DNA of 64,000 nucleotides from an uncultured Eubacteriales bacterium (GTDB taxonomy: Bacteria > Acidobacteriota > Aminicenantia > Aminicenantales > Aminicenantaceae), in contig CAZEQD010000001.1 in the NCBI GenBank assembly GCA_964514305.1, forward strand, positions 27,181-91,180. Direction: 5' to 3'. Position 1 is the first letter of the stretch; each line of letters starts with the position of its first letter. The notes beneath the pieces were generated by a model. It was given only the letters and a program-made list of their open reading frames with translations. It had not been told where the DNA came from and made no database searches. Positions 26,377 to 37,091 of this stretch are shown piece after piece. Both the position numbers and the translations under genes were made by a program.

Positions 26377-27897
26377 ATGCTCTTTAAAATCGCCAGTGCT
26401 TCTTTAATGGGCATCGAGGCTTATATTGTAGAGGTTGAAGTAGATATATCTTTTGGGTTGCCCAATTACATTACAGTCGGACTGCCTGATCCCTCAGTCC
26501 GGGAAGGCAGAGAAAGGGTTAAAGCGGCCTTAAAAAATTGTGGCTATGAGCTTCCCTCACGCAAAATACTCATCAATTTAGCTCCAGCTGATAGAAGGAA
26601 AGAAGGCCCGGCTTTTGATCTGCCAATTTCCCTGGGCTTTCTGGCAGGCCTTGATCTTTTTCCCTCGGCTAGATTAGGCGACTTTTTATTTCTGGGAGAA
26701 TTGGCCCTGGATGGCAGTTTGAAGCCAGTCAAAGGGGTTTTGGCGGCTACTGTTCTGGCCAAAAAAAAGGGATTTAAGGGGGTGGTCATTCCCAAAGCCA
26801 ACGAAAAGGAAGCAGCCCTGGTTGGTGGTCTTGAAATTTATGGATTAGAAAATCTAGTCCAGGTGGTTAAACTTCTTCAGCATCCAGAAGAGATGACTCC
26901 AGCCAAATATTCTCTCCGAGAACTTCTGCCAGCACCTCATTATGAAGTTGATTTTCAGGAAATAAAAGGTCAACAGCATGTAAAGCGGGCTCTGGAAGTG
27001 GCTGCGGCTGGAGCCCATAATGTCCTTCTAATTGGTCCACCTGGGGCAGGCAAGACTATGTTGGCCCGCCGCCTGCCCACTATTTTACCGCCGATGACTT
27101 TCGAGGAAATAATAGAAGTGACTCAAATTTATAGTGCTGCTGGTTTTCTGAAAGACAAATGGGCCTGGGGTGAAAGACCATTTCGGGCACCCCATCACAC
27201 CATATCTGATGCTGGCCTTATTGGTGGAGGGTTGGTTCCAAAACCAGGAGAAGTAAGTCTGGCTCATCACGGAGTTTTGTTTTTAGATGAGTTACCTGAA
27301 TTTAAAAGGCAGGTGCTTGAAGATTTACGTCAGCCGCTGGAAGATGGCCAAGTGACTGTTTCCCGGGCTCTGCTGTCAGTTACATTTCCCTGTGCATTTA
27401 TGATGATAGCCGCTATGAATCCTTATCAGGATGTTTTTGGAGGCTTTCCCTCTTCTGCAACGGATTTTCCGGAAAGCCAAAAAAGGCGTTATTATTCAAA
27501 GATTTCAGCTCCGCTCCTGGATAGAATAGATATCCAAATAGAAGTACCCAGGGTGGAATTTAGAGACATTATGGCCAGAGATGAAGGGGAGCCATCAGCT
27601 ATCATAAGAGAAAGAGTGGTTAAGGCAAGAAAAAAGCAGCTGGAAAGATTCAGAGGAAGGAAAATTTACTGTAATTCTAAAATGAGCAATCGGGATATTA
27701 AAAAATTTTGCAGGGTCGAAGAGAAAGCTAAGGACCTTTTAGCCATGGCTATTGATCGGTTGGGCTTCAGCGCTCGGGCTTACACCCGGGTACTAAAAGT
27801 GGCCAGGACTATTGCTGATTTAGAAGGCCAAGACCAGATAAGTGTGGTCCATCTTTCTGAAGCCATTCAGTATCGGATGATGGATAAGTATTTTTGA
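26377..27897 (+). CDS. yifB: YifB/ComM-family Mg-chelatase-like AAA+ ATPase
   Basis: MLFKIASASLMGIEAYIVEVEVDIS N-terminus, Lon-like domain, Walker A GPPGAGKT, MIAAMNP, C-terminal ChlI-like domain. Confidence 0.9.
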   Translation: MLFKIASASLMGIEAYIVEVEVDISFGLPNYITVGLPDPSVREGRERVKAALKNCGYELPSRKILINLAPADRRKEGPAFDLPISLGFLAGLDLFPSARLGDFLFLGELALDGSLKPVKGVLAATVLAKKKGFKGVVIPKANEKEAALVGGLEIYGLENLVQVVKLLQHPEEMTPAKYSLRELLPAPHYEVDFQEIKGQQHVKRALEVAAAGAHNVLLIGPPGAGKTMLARRLPTILPPMTFEEIIEVTQIYSAAGFLKDKWAWGERPFRAPHHTISDAGLIGGGLVPKPGEVSLAHHGVLFLDELPEFKRQVLEDLRQPLEDGQVTVSRALLSVTFPCAFMMIAAMNPYQDVFGGFPSSATDFPESQKRRYYSKISAPLLDRIDIQIEVPRVEFRDIMARDEGEPSAIIRERVVKARKKQLERFRGRKIYCNSKMSNRDIKKFCRVEEKAKDLLAMAIDRLGFSARAYTRVLKVARTIADLEGQDQISVVHLSEAIQYRMMDKYF

Positions 27898-28007
27898 GAT
27901 TCCAACCTTTTTCTTGACTTTATCCTTGGTTTGTCATTTTAATAATTATTCAGGTAGATCTAAAAAATATGGATTCTATTTGAAAAAAAGTAAAAAAGGA
28001 GGGAGCA

Positions 28008-29492
28008 ATGAAAAAGCATCTAAAGGTGTTTTTGATTTTCTTTTTGCTTGTGGCTTGTCTTAGCTGGTCTAAAACAGACAAGAAGGATCCTTTTTTGATT
28101 GAGGTTAAACCGGCTAAGATTACACCTTTAAAAAGTGAAGCCTTTAACTGGCTTGAAACTAACAAAGCGGAACTTTCTGATATCTGCCATAAGATATGGA
28201 GCTATGCTGAACTGGCCATGGAGGAATATAAATCTTCGGAGCTTTTAGCCTCCTATCTGGAAAAGATGGGATTTACAGTCGCCAGAGGTGTGGCCGGAAT
28301 GCCAACTGCTTTTGTGGCTGTTTATGGTTCGGGCCAGCCGGTGATTGGTATCCTGGCCGAATATGATGCTCTTCCCGGTCTCTCTCAGGATACTGTTCCC
28401 TATAAAAAACCTTTAAAAGAAGGAGCTCCAGGTCATGGTTGTGGTCATAATGTTTTTGGCACTGCCAGTACAGCTGCGGCTGTAGCCCTTAAGGAAGTCA
28501 TGGCCAAGCATAAAATTCCAGGCACTATTAAACTCTTTGGCTGTCCGGCCGAAGAGACTGTGGTCGGCAAGGTGTTCATGGCTCGAGATGGAGTTTTTAA
28601 TGGCCTCTCCTGCTGCATCCAGTGGCATCCCAGTACTGAAAATGCTGTTTCTTTAGGGTCAAGTAATGCCATGAATCAGTTTGAGGTGGAATTTTTTGGT
28701 AAGGCAGCTCATGCAGCTGGAGATCCCTGGCATGGGCGCAGTGCTCTTGATGCTGTAGAGCTCACAGATGTTGGCTTGAATTATCTTCGTGAACACCTCA
28801 AGCCCACAGCCCGAATTCATTATGTTATTGTTGATGGAGGTGGGGCTCCAAATGTTGTCCCTGACTATGCTAAGGCCTGGTACTATGTGCGGGATGTTGA
28901 TCGGAAAAGTGTTGAAGAGGATTATAAGAGAGTACTAAAGATAATCGAGGGAGCCGCTCAAATGACAGAAACAACTTATAAGATACATTTTATCAGTGGC
29001 GTTCATGCTACCCTTCCCAACAGGGCTGGTGATGAAGTTGTCTATAGCAACCTGCTCTTGGTAGGGCCACCTCGGTTTGATGAGGAAGAACAGCAGTATG
29101 CCAAAACTATTCAAAAAAATCTGGGAATTGAAGAAAGGGGATTGAGGAACAAGATAGAACCTTTCAAACTCCCCCAGAGGAGCTGGGGAGGAGGCTCTAC
29201 TGACGTAGCTGAAGTAAGCTGGCTTACTCCCACCACTGCTTTGGGGGTGGCTATGGCTCCTGACGGTGCGCCCTGGCATCATTGGGCAGAAGTAGCCTGT
29301 GGGGGAATGTCCATTGGTTATAAAGCCATGTTAACTGCAGCTAAAGTGATGGCGGCTACCGGCCTTGATTTTTTTACTCACCCCGAAATAATAAAAAAAA
29401 TGAGAGAGGAGTGGGTGAAAAAGAAAGGAGGAAAAGAATATAAATCACCTTTACCTCCGGATCTAAAACCTCCAGTTAAGCCTAAAAAATAA
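28008..29492 (+). CDS. M20D-family amidohydrolase (AbgB/hippurate-hydrolase-like), lipoprotein
   Basis: Signal peptide with lipobox LVAC. HGCGHN metal-binding motif. 494 aa. RBS aaaggagggagcaATG. Confidence 0.8.
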   Translation: MKKHLKVFLIFFLLVACLSWSKTDKKDPFLIEVKPAKITPLKSEAFNWLETNKAELSDICHKIWSYAELAMEEYKSSELLASYLEKMGFTVARGVAGMPTAFVAVYGSGQPVIGILAEYDALPGLSQDTVPYKKPLKEGAPGHGCGHNVFGTASTAAAVALKEVMAKHKIPGTIKLFGCPAEETVVGKVFMARDGVFNGLSCCIQWHPSTENAVSLGSSNAMNQFEVEFFGKAAHAAGDPWHGRSALDAVELTDVGLNYLREHLKPTARIHYVIVDGGGAPNVVPDYAKAWYYVRDVDRKSVEEDYKRVLKIIEGAAQMTETTYKIHFISGVHATLPNRAGDEVVYSNLLLVGPPRFDEEEQQYAKTIQKNLGIEERGLRNKIEPFKLPQRSWGGGSTDVAEVSWLTPTTALGVAMAPDGAPWHHWAEVACGGMSIGYKAMLTAAKVMAATGLDFFTHPEIIKKMREEWVKKKGGKEYKSPLPPDLKPPVKPKK

Positions 29493-29605
29493 AATTTTGT
29501 ACGGATAATACTTCTTACGTAAGTTCAATTAAAGGATGTAGATAGGAATTTTCCTCTAAGCAAAGAATTCTTCACAAAGGCTATTGATTCTGTTGAAAGT
29601 TATCT

Positions 29606-29989
29606 TTACCCTTGTTCATTTACCTTGTTACCTGCCAAAAGAAGCACCTTGATCGTTCTTGAAAGATCATCATCTTTTACCAGCAGGTAGTCTGTATCAT
29701 AGGTAGATAGAGCGAAAATGCTTACACCTGCCTTGGCTAGAGGTTCGGCAAGTGATGAAAGTACTCCTGTCTGGTCAAAAGGGAGAGGACCATGTACTTT
29801 TAAACATCGCCATTCTCTTTCAAAGGTTGTTCCCTGTGGAATCAAGGCTGAGGGACATACTATGGATAATTCCTCCGTCGTCTTGGTGATAGAGAAGAAA
29901 GGGCCAACCGTTGCCCAGGCCGGGATTCCGGCTGAACTCTCAAGACGGCAAATGCCAAATTCTTCAGGAAGAATCGATAATGTCAGCAT
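29606..29989 (-). CDS. ACT-domain-containing small protein
   Basis: 127 aa, beta-alpha-beta-beta-alpha-beta-like pattern. Convergent with the amidohydrolase. Weak call. Confidence 0.45.
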   Translation of the reverse strand: MLTLSILPEEFGICRLESSAGIPAWATVGPFFSITKTTEELSIVCPSALIPQGTTFEREWRCLKVHGPLPFDQTGVLSSLAEPLAKAGVSIFALSTYDTDYLLVKDDDLSRTIKVLLLAGNKVNEQG

Positions 29990-30278
29990 TGGTTTATCCT
30001 CCTCATGGCTAGGCTTTTTCTTAACCTTAAGTCTAAAATATATTGCTTGTCACCAAGGGGAGCTATGAGTTTCTATCTTAGAATTATTTATATATAGGTT
30101 GCAACTCTTTTATTTGACGAAGTAACTTCAAATTCAAAAAGAAATGGAATCCTGACAGTATTTTTGCTAATATTTACGAGGTTTATCCTTTATTGCTGTG
30201 GTTTTTAAGTAGTTAAAGGATTTCAACCCCAGCAAAAAATTTGTCATGTATAAAAAAAATATTAAGGAGAAACACAGT

Positions 30279-32432
30279 ATGAAATCTTTGAAGATTTTAT
30301 TTATTACAATCTTTATTGTCAGTCTGAGTATTTTTGGCCTGGCTGATGAGGGCATGTGGCTTCCTCATCAAATGAAAAATCTGAACCTGAAGACCTTAGG
30401 CTTGAAGATGAATCCAGCCGACCTTTACCGAAAAGATGGCACTGGTTTGATGAGTGCGGTAGTTCATCTGGGGGGCGGAACGGGTGAATTTGTGAGTTCT
30501 GAGGGACTGATTCTGACCAATCACCATGTAGCTTTTGGCGCTCTGCAGCGAGCTTCGACTAAGGAGAAAGATTACATTGAAAAAGGTTTTATTGCCTGGA
30601 CAAGAAAGGACGAAATTCCAGCCAAAGGTTATATAGCTGATGTCCTCCTTGGCTATGAAGAGGTTACTGAGCAGGTTTTGGCTGCAGTCAAGCCTCGAAT
30701 GAGTTATAAACAAAAGTATTATGCCTTGGATAAAATAAAAAAAGAATTAATAGCCCAGGCTGAGAAAAAAGGAAAAGATATCCGGGCTTCAGTAGCTTCT
30801 ATTTACAATGGCAACAAATACTATCTTTTCCGCTTCAAAAGAATAAAGGATATCCGTCTTGTCTATGCACCTCCTCGCGACCTGGGGAATTTTGGAGGAG
30901 ATATCGATAACTGGATGTGGCCACGCCATACCTGTGACTTTTCTTTCCTGCGAGCTTATGTTTCCAAAGACAATGTTGGAGTAGAATATAGCCCAGATAA
31001 CATTCCTTACAGGCCTAAATCCATGCTCAAGATTTCTCTGGAAGGGTTTAAAGACAAGGATTTTACTTTTATTATGGGCTATCCAGGCAGGACTTACCGC
31101 AATTATACTCTGGCTGAAGTTGAGTTTGACCTGGAAGTCATGTCCGGAAGAATGAAAAACTTCAAGGATATTATATCTTTTTATGAAGAAGCCGGGAAAA
31201 GTTCGAAGGAAATTCAGATAAAATACGCCAGCAAAATAAAAGGCCTCAACAATTCTTTAAAAAATTACCAGGGAAAGCTGGAAGGAATGAGAAAGATATC
31301 CCTGCTGGAGAGGAAAGAAGCCAGGGAGAAAGAGTTTTTAAAGTGGGTTAATAGTCTTAGCCCCAGGAATTCAGCTTATGAGAAAATTTTAAGTGAGATA
31401 AAAGATTACATGGCTAAATATTCGCAATTCTACTGGAAAAATTCACTTCTTTCCGAACTTGTCAGCTCCTATTTTGGCTCTAGCCTTCTGGCTCAGGGAT
31501 ATTTAGTTTACAGAATTGCAGAAGAAAGACAGAAGCCGGATTTAGAGAGAGAACCTGGCTATCAGAAAAGGGATTGGCCTTATCTAAAGATGAGCATTAA
31601 GCTGGCTGAAAGAGGCTATGATTTAGAGACAGACAAAGCTTTTTTTAAACACCAGCTTAAGAAACTTTTGAAGGTTCCTTCTGATAGAATACCGATGGCT
31701 TTAAAAGAGCTCATGGCTAAACAATCTCATCAAGCTATAGACAGCTTTGTTGACAATCTTTATGCTAAGACTACTCTGGCTGATCCTAAGAAGCGTTTAG
31801 AATATATAGAATTTAAGCCTGAAGAACTTTTAAAGCTCAATGATCCGATCATAAATCTGGCTTCGGAGCTGGAAAAAGAGATGAAAATCCTGCGGGAAGA
31901 GGCCAAAGTGCTGGCTCAGGAAAGACAGGATTCAAAAAAGATTTATTTGGAAGCCTTACTTAAGTGGAAGAAAGGGAGGTTAGCACCTGATGCCAATTCC
32001 ACCATTCGTTTTACTTATGGCTTGGTTGAAGGCTATTCTCCTCGAGATGCAGTCTATTACCTGCCTCAGACGACTCTTAAAGGTGTTATCGAGAAAGATA
32101 CCGGTCACTTTCCTTTTCATGTGCCTGAGAAAATGAAAGAGCTTTATAAGAAAAGAGACTTTGGGCCCTATGTAGATAAGAAGCTGGGCGATATTCCCGT
32201 TTGCTTATTGACTACAGCTAGTGTTACCGGCGGTAATTCTGGCTCACCCACCCTCAATGCTAAAGGAGAGCAGATTGGCATTGTTTTTGATATGACTTAT
32301 GAGAGCGTAACAGGCGATTATTATGTCATTCCTGAATTGCAGAGGACGATAAGTGTTGATATTCGCTATGTGCTTTTTGTAACTGATAAATTTTCAGGTG
32401 CCACCCATATTCTTAATGAACTGGGCTTTTAA
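30279..32432 (+). CDS. Family S46 serine peptidase (dipeptidyl-peptidase DPP7/DPP11-like), secreted
   Basis: Signal peptide. Catalytic His in LTNHHV. Ser motif TGGNSGSP near the C-terminus with a large helical insert between them, the S46 hallmark. Start set at the ATG 30279 that has an aaggag RBS. Confidence 0.8.
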   Translation: MKSLKILFITIFIVSLSIFGLADEGMWLPHQMKNLNLKTLGLKMNPADLYRKDGTGLMSAVVHLGGGTGEFVSSEGLILTNHHVAFGALQRASTKEKDYIEKGFIAWTRKDEIPAKGYIADVLLGYEEVTEQVLAAVKPRMSYKQKYYALDKIKKELIAQAEKKGKDIRASVASIYNGNKYYLFRFKRIKDIRLVYAPPRDLGNFGGDIDNWMWPRHTCDFSFLRAYVSKDNVGVEYSPDNIPYRPKSMLKISLEGFKDKDFTFIMGYPGRTYRNYTLAEVEFDLEVMSGRMKNFKDIISFYEEAGKSSKEIQIKYASKIKGLNNSLKNYQGKLEGMRKISLLERKEAREKEFLKWVNSLSPRNSAYEKILSEIKDYMAKYSQFYWKNSLLSELVSSYFGSSLLAQGYLVYRIAEERQKPDLEREPGYQKRDWPYLKMSIKLAERGYDLETDKAFFKHQLKKLLKVPSDRIPMALKELMAKQSHQAIDSFVDNLYAKTTLADPKKRLEYIEFKPEELLKLNDPIINLASELEKEMKILREEAKVLAQERQDSKKIYLEALLKWKKGRLAPDANSTIRFTYGLVEGYSPRDAVYYLPQTTLKGVIEKDTGHFPFHVPEKMKELYKKRDFGPYVDKKLGDIPVCLLTTASVTGGNSGSPTLNAKGEQIGIVFDMTYESVTGDYYVIPELQRTISVDIRYVLFVTDKFSGATHILNELGF

Positions 32433-32514
32433 TTTTTTCTTAATTAAGGGGGCAGGTAACCTATCGGATTTGCCCATATTTGTCAAGAAGAGCTTGACTG
32501 AAATTAATTGATGG

Positions 32515-33795
32515 TTAAGAGGGTCTAACTATCTTCCCTTCTTTAACTACCACCTTACCGTTTTTGATGACGTATTTGATGGGGTTGACTCCCAGGTGGT
32601 AAAAAAGGAAGGCATAATTGGGTATTTCAGCCAGGATGAGATCCATCTTTTTGCCGACTTCCAGGCTGCCAACTTCTTTGTCGCGGCCCAGAGCATAAGA
32701 GGCATTGGCTGTGGCCGCATTGAGGGCCTCTTCAACGCTCATTTTCATGGTAAAGACAGCTAGCTGGAGGACAAAAAGCATGGATTCAGTCATTGAACTT
32801 CCTGGATTAAAATCGGTAGCCAGAGCCACAATTGCTCCCTCATCAATAAGTTGGCGGGCTGGAGCTTGCTTCTTCTGCCTCAGAAAAAAAGGTACGGCTG
32901 GCAGTAGGGTGGCTGCTGTTTTACTAGCAGCTAATTTTTTAATACCTGTCTCAGTCACGGCCAGTAGATGGTCAGCTGAAAAAGCTCCCTCCTCTACGGC
33001 CAATTCGGCTCCACCCAGGGCTGAGAATTCATCCGCGTGAATTCTGATTTTAAAGCTTTCCTTTTTAGCTGCCCGGATGAGCTTTCTGCTTTCGGCTACT
33101 GAGTAGACGCTTTCCTCACAGAAAACATCAAAAAATTCGGCCAGATTTCTTTTCCTTACTTCAGGCATAATTTCATGAATAAGAAGCTCAATATAACCAT
33201 TTTTATGCTTTTTATACTCAGGCGGAACTTCATGAGCTCCCATGAAGGTAGCGACCACATCCACTGGATGAATTTGGTTTGCTTCTTTTATAGCCTGGAG
33301 CTGTTTAATTTCGTCCTGGAGGTTAAGGCCATAGCCGCTTTTAGCTTCAACCATGGTCGTACCCATACGAAGCATACTGTCCAGCCTTTCCAGGCAAAGA
33401 AAGACAAGTTCTTCTCTGGATGCTTTCCTGGTAGCTTTGACTGTGGTTTGAATGCCCAGACCTTTTTCGGCAAGTTGCTGGTAGCTATAGCCTTTAAGGC
33501 GCAAGAGAAATTCTTCTTCTCTAGTGCCGGCAAAGGGGAGATGAGTGTGGCTGTCAACAAAGCCAGGTAGAGCTACTAATTTGCGGCCATCAATAATCTC
33601 AGCATTCTGTTCTACTTTGACTCCTTTTTCGAATTCTTGTTGGCTACCGATAAAAACTATTTTTCCCCGGTGAGAAGCGATCCAGACCTGTTTTCGAAGG
33701 CCAACATCCTGGAGGGCCTCCTTCCTCTTGGGCAGAGGCCCTTCACAGGTCAGGAGCTGATGACAGTTGCTAACAATAAGATCAGCTGATCTCAT
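32515..33795 (-). CDS. hutI: Imidazolonepropionase-like amidohydrolase (HutI family)
   Basis: [38 protein letters not shown] and HADEFS..GGAELA are a collinear match to HutI motifs. Start trimmed to Met80 of the track ORF; it overlaps the ftsZ 3' end by 14 nt. Confidence 0.8.
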   Translation of the reverse strand: MRSADLIVSNCHQLLTCEGPLPKRKEALQDVGLRKQVWIASHRGKIVFIGSQQEFEKGVKVEQNAEIIDGRKLVALPGFVDSHTHLPFAGTREEEFLLRLKGYSYQQLAEKGLGIQTTVKATRKASREELVFLCLERLDSMLRMGTTMVEAKSGYGLNLQDEIKQLQAIKEANQIHPVDVVATFMGAHEVPPEYKKHKNGYIELLIHEIMPEVRKRNLAEFFDVFCEESVYSVAESRKLIRAAKKESFKIRIHADEFSALGGAELAVEEGAFSADHLLAVTETGIKKLAASKTAATLLPAVPFFLRQKKQAPARQLIDEGAIVALATDFNPGSSMTESMLFVLQLAVFTMKMSVEEALNAATANASYALGRDKEVGSLEVGKKMDLILAEIPNYAFLFYHLGVNPIKYVIKNGKVVVKEGKIVRPS

Positions 33796-35035
33796 GAGTG
33801 TTTTTTCGCAGCGGAGTATGTTTGTTTTTGCGGATAAAGGACGGTGTCTCATAAGGTTCCCAGCGCTTTTCCCAGGCAGGCTTATTCCAGAGAACTTCAC
33901 TTCCTTTGGGTTCAAAAACATAAGGAGGCGTTTCTTTTTGGACTTCGAAGGGAGGAGGAGTTTCTGAATGTGAAGAAGCATACTCTTCGCTACCCATGAC
34001 TTCTCGGGCCGAGGTCTCAAACCCGGTAGCAATTACAGTCACTTTGACCATTTCTTTCATGTTTTCATCAATGACTGTTCCGAAAATGATATTAGCTTCA
34101 GGATGGGCCAGGCTATGGATTAGCTCAGAAGCTTTGGATACTTCATGAAGGGTTATGTCTTTGCCACCAGTGATGTTAATCAGCACTCCTTGAGCCCCTT
34201 CAATGGAGGTGTCGACCAGAAGGGGACTTGAGATAGCTTTTTGGGCAGCATCAACGGCTCTGTTGTCTCCTGAAGCTATGCCTGTTCCCATAAAGGCCAT
34301 GCCCATGCCCTTCATAATAGACTTGACATCAGCAAAATCAAGATTAATCAGTCCCGGTCTTGTTATAAGATCAGAAATACCCTGGACTGCCTGGCGTAAA
34401 ATATCATCAGCCATTTTGAAAGCATCCTGAATGGAGGTATCCAGGTTGACTGTCTGGAGAAGCCTTTCATTGGGTATTGAGATGACCGTATCTACCACAG
34501 ATTTTAGTTCAGTTAAGCCGTCTTCGGCCTGTTTGGCTCTTATTTTGCCTTCGAATTCAAAAGGAAGGGTAACAATAGCAATAGCTAAAATATCCATTTC
34601 TGAGGCCAATTTGGCCAAAACAGGTGTTGTTCCGGTGCCTGTTCCTCCACCTAAGCCAGCGGTCAGAAAAACCATATCAGCACCTTGGATGAGTTCGCTG
34701 AGTTTTTCGGTATCTTCCATGGCTGCTTGTTTGCCGATGTCAGGCCTACCTCCTGAGCCCAGCCCCTTAGTAAGTTCAGCTCCAATTTGAACCTTAGTGC
34801 CTGCTCTATTGGTGCTCAGCGCTTGAAGATCAGTATTGACAGCTATAAATTCTACTCCTTCAATCCTGGTTTCGATCATCCTGTTTACGGCGTTGCCTCC
34901 TCCTCCTCCGATGCCTATTACTTTGATTTTAGCTCCAAAACGCTCCTCAACTAGATGAAATTTTAATTTCCCTTTTATTGATTCATTCATTTTTCCTCCT
35001 ATGCTTCTTTGAGCCAGTCTTTGACTTTGGCCCAA
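33782..35035 (-). CDS. ftsZ: Cell division GTPase FtsZ
   Basis: [18 protein letters not shown], tubulin signature GGGTGTG. The true start is probably Met16 (34990). Confidence 0.95.
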   Translation of the reverse strand: MGQSQRLAQRSIGGKMNESIKGKLKFHLVEERFGAKIKVIGIGGGGGNAVNRMIETRIEGVEFIAVNTDLQALSTNRAGTKVQIGAELTKGLGSGGRPDIGKQAAMEDTEKLSELIQGADMVFLTAGLGGGTGTGTTPVLAKLASEMDILAIAIVTLPFEFEGKIRAKQAEDGLTELKSVVDTVISIPNERLLQTVNLDTSIQDAFKMADDILRQAVQGISDLITRPGLINLDFADVKSIMKGMGMAFMGTGIASGDNRAVDAAQKAISSPLLVDTSIEGAQGVLINITGGKDITLHEVSKASELIHSLAHPEANIIFGTVIDENMKEMVKVTVIATGFETSAREVMGSEEYASSHSETPPPFEVQKETPPYVFEPKGSEVLWNKPAWEKRWEPYETPSFIRKNKHTPLRKNTHEIS

Positions 35036-36222
35036 AAACCTTTTTTTCTATCTTTAGAGAAACCTTTCTCTTTCAATTGATTATATCCATAAAGGACGAG
35101 CCCGACCGCTGTGGCATAGTCAGGTGTGCTTACTCTATCGACCAGACCGCCGACGCCACTGGGGTCGCCTCGTCTTACCGGTAAATCAAAGATTTCCTCA
35201 GCAATCTCTTCCAGACCATCAAGAAGAGCTGTACCCCCAGTGAGAACAATCCCTGAATTAAGAGATTTTTCATACCCCATGCGCTTGACGTCGTTATCGA
35301 CCAGACGAAAAATTTCTTCAGCTCGCGGTTGGATGATGTCAGCCAAGAGCTGGCGGGAAACAATCCGCGGCTTTTTGCCCCGTCCAACTGAAGGCACATC
35401 TATTGTTTCCTGTTCATCTTCAAGAGGCGAAGTCACACAGCCAAATTTCTTTTTGATTTTTTCAGCTTCAGGGATGGGAGTCCTGAGACCGACAGCAATG
35501 TCGTTGGTGAAGTTATCACCGCCAATAGGAATAATGGAGGTATACCAGAGACTTCCACGTTCAAAAATAGCGATTTCAGTGGTGCCGCCGCCGATATCAA
35601 TCAGACCTACCCCCAATTCCATTTCATCATGGGTTAGAGTAGAATTACTGGTGGCGATCTGATTGAGGACGACCTGTTTGATTTCAATCCCGGCCCGGGC
35701 CACACAGGTTCTTAAGTTCTGGACAGAAGTAATAGCTCCGGTGACAATGTGGACATTAACTTCCAGCTTGATGCCGCTCATACCCAGAGGGTCTTTAATT
35801 CCATCCTGCTCATCAACCACAAATTCCTGAGGAATAATATGAATAATTTCTCTATCAGGAGGAATAGAGACAGCTTTTGACTGGTCGATTACTCGCCTGA
35901 TATCTTCACGGCTGATTTCTTTATTCTTGCCGGAGACAGCAATCACTCCCCGAGAATTAAAACTTTTTATGTGAGCCCCTGAAATGCCGATAAAAGCTGA
36001 ATCAATTTCCACTCCAGCCATCAACTCCGCTTCTTCTTGAGCTTTTTTGATGGCCTCTACTGTAGCTTCCAAGTTAACAACCACTCCTTTTCTCAGGCCT
36101 TTGGAATCGGCTGAGCCAATACCTATAATTTCTATTTTTTTCTCTTCGGTAATTTCGCCAATAATAGCTGCTACTTTTTTGGTCCCGATGTCAAAGCCGA
36201 CAATATAAGAATTTTTTGGCAT
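34999..36222 (-). CDS. ftsA: Cell division protein FtsA
   Basis: Actin-fold, [24 protein letters not shown]. Confidence 0.9.
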   Translation of the reverse strand: MPKNSYIVGFDIGTKKVAAIIGEITEEKKIEIIGIGSADSKGLRKGVVVNLEATVEAIKKAQEEAELMAGVEIDSAFIGISGAHIKSFNSRGVIAVSGKNKEISREDIRRVIDQSKAVSIPPDREIIHIIPQEFVVDEQDGIKDPLGMSGIKLEVNVHIVTGAITSVQNLRTCVARAGIEIKQVVLNQIATSNSTLTHDEMELGVGLIDIGGGTTEIAIFERGSLWYTSIIPIGGDNFTNDIAVGLRTPIPEAEKIKKKFGCVTSPLEDEQETIDVPSVGRGKKPRIVSRQLLADIIQPRAEEIFRLVDNDVKRMGYEKSLNSGIVLTGGTALLDGLEEIAEEIFDLPVRRGDPSGVGGLVDRVSTPDYATAVGLVLYGYNQLKEKGFSKDRKKGFWAKVKDWLKEA

Positions 36223-37091
36223 TATTTTTCCTCCTTTTCTGAATTGGAATTAAGACTGGCCAGCTGGGGCAGTAGTGGTTTAAGGTAGAGACGGTCCTCA
36301 AAACGAAGATCTACATATTCGAGCGGTCTAAATTTCTCCAGCTTGGAAAGATAATCTTGAAAAAAACTCAGCTTTTCAGAGAAATGGTCACAGCCCAGCT
36401 TGAGCTTCATTTCTAATCCCTTAAGCCTAACCGATACATTTTCATAATCTGAGAGGTCTAAAGCTTCAACTCTATTTCTTTGAGAGGGTAGCAAACTGTC
36501 CAGACAAACCCAGGCCAAACAGAGCTTATCTTTGAAATCTTGCTGAAAATTATTAGAGTCGACCAGAAGAGGCAGGTCACTATAATCTTGTCTGTTGATT
36601 TTTTCCAGGAAAACCCCATCTCTATCTATGAGATAAAAATTATCTTGCTTAATGACGGCCAGCGGCTTTCTGGTTTCAATATTTATCTTCAACGAAGCCG
36701 GAAATATTTTTCTGATATAAACACTTTTTACCCAACTGTTTCTTTCCAGTTGATTTTGGAGCCGTTCTATGTTGAGAAGAAAGATATTTCCCATCTCTTT
36801 TCCCTGTAAAGATTCCTTTATTTGTTGTTGGAGTTCAGTCTTTTGGCAGACAACTTCGATGTTTTTGACCTCGAAGTAGTTCCAGGAAATGAGAAAGAGA
36901 TATATTTGCTGGATAAGGACGAATATTCCAACCAGGAAGAAGAAGGCCAATACGAGGTGTCCAAATTTCACTTTGATTTTTCTCTGAATCTTTTTAGTTT
37001 TTATTTTTCCCTGCTGGCGCCTGAAGCTGAAAGAGTTAGAAAGCAAAGATTGAGGGCGGTATTTAACAGTTGAGTTAAGATTAACAGCCAT
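36222..37091 (-). CDS. ftsQ: Cell division protein FtsQ/DivIB-like (POTRA)
   Basis: Position between murC and ftsA. Single N-terminal TM. POTRA-like region. Confidence 0.6.
   Translation of the reverse strand: MAVNLNSTVKYRPQSLLSNSFSFRRQQGKIKTKKIQRKIKVKFGHLVLAFFFLVGIFVLIQQIYLFLISWNYFEVKNIEVVCQKTELQQQIKESLQGKEMGNIFLLNIERLQNQLERNSWVKSVYIRKIFPASLKINIETRKPLAVIKQDNFYLIDRDGVFLEKINRQDYSDLPLLVDSNNFQQDFKDKLCLAWVCLDSLLPSQRNRVEALDLSDYENVSVRLKGLEMKLKLGCDHFSEKLSFFQDYLSKLEKFRPLEYVDLRFEDRLYLKPLLPQLASLNSNSEKEEK

Noticed and set aside
26193-26414. 73-aa and 70-aa minus-strand ORFs (26193-26414 and 52149-52361) with a shared C-terminus GSDLHKFHKLCFSIDI.RR.VGDK.YY.YCKN
   Set aside because: They lie entirely inside the two copies of the dispersed inverted-repeat element. 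The amino-acid conservation is explained by DNA repetition. There is no RBS and the N-termini differ, so they are not called as genes.
32515-34032. 505-aa version of the hutI ORF, and long N-terminal extensions of truA, murE, murG, rimI and the S46 peptidase given in the track
   Set aside because: The extensions lack similarity to the respective families and overlap upstream genes. Internal Met codons coincide with the conserved N-termini and with sensible overlaps or RBSs, so shorter coordinates were used.
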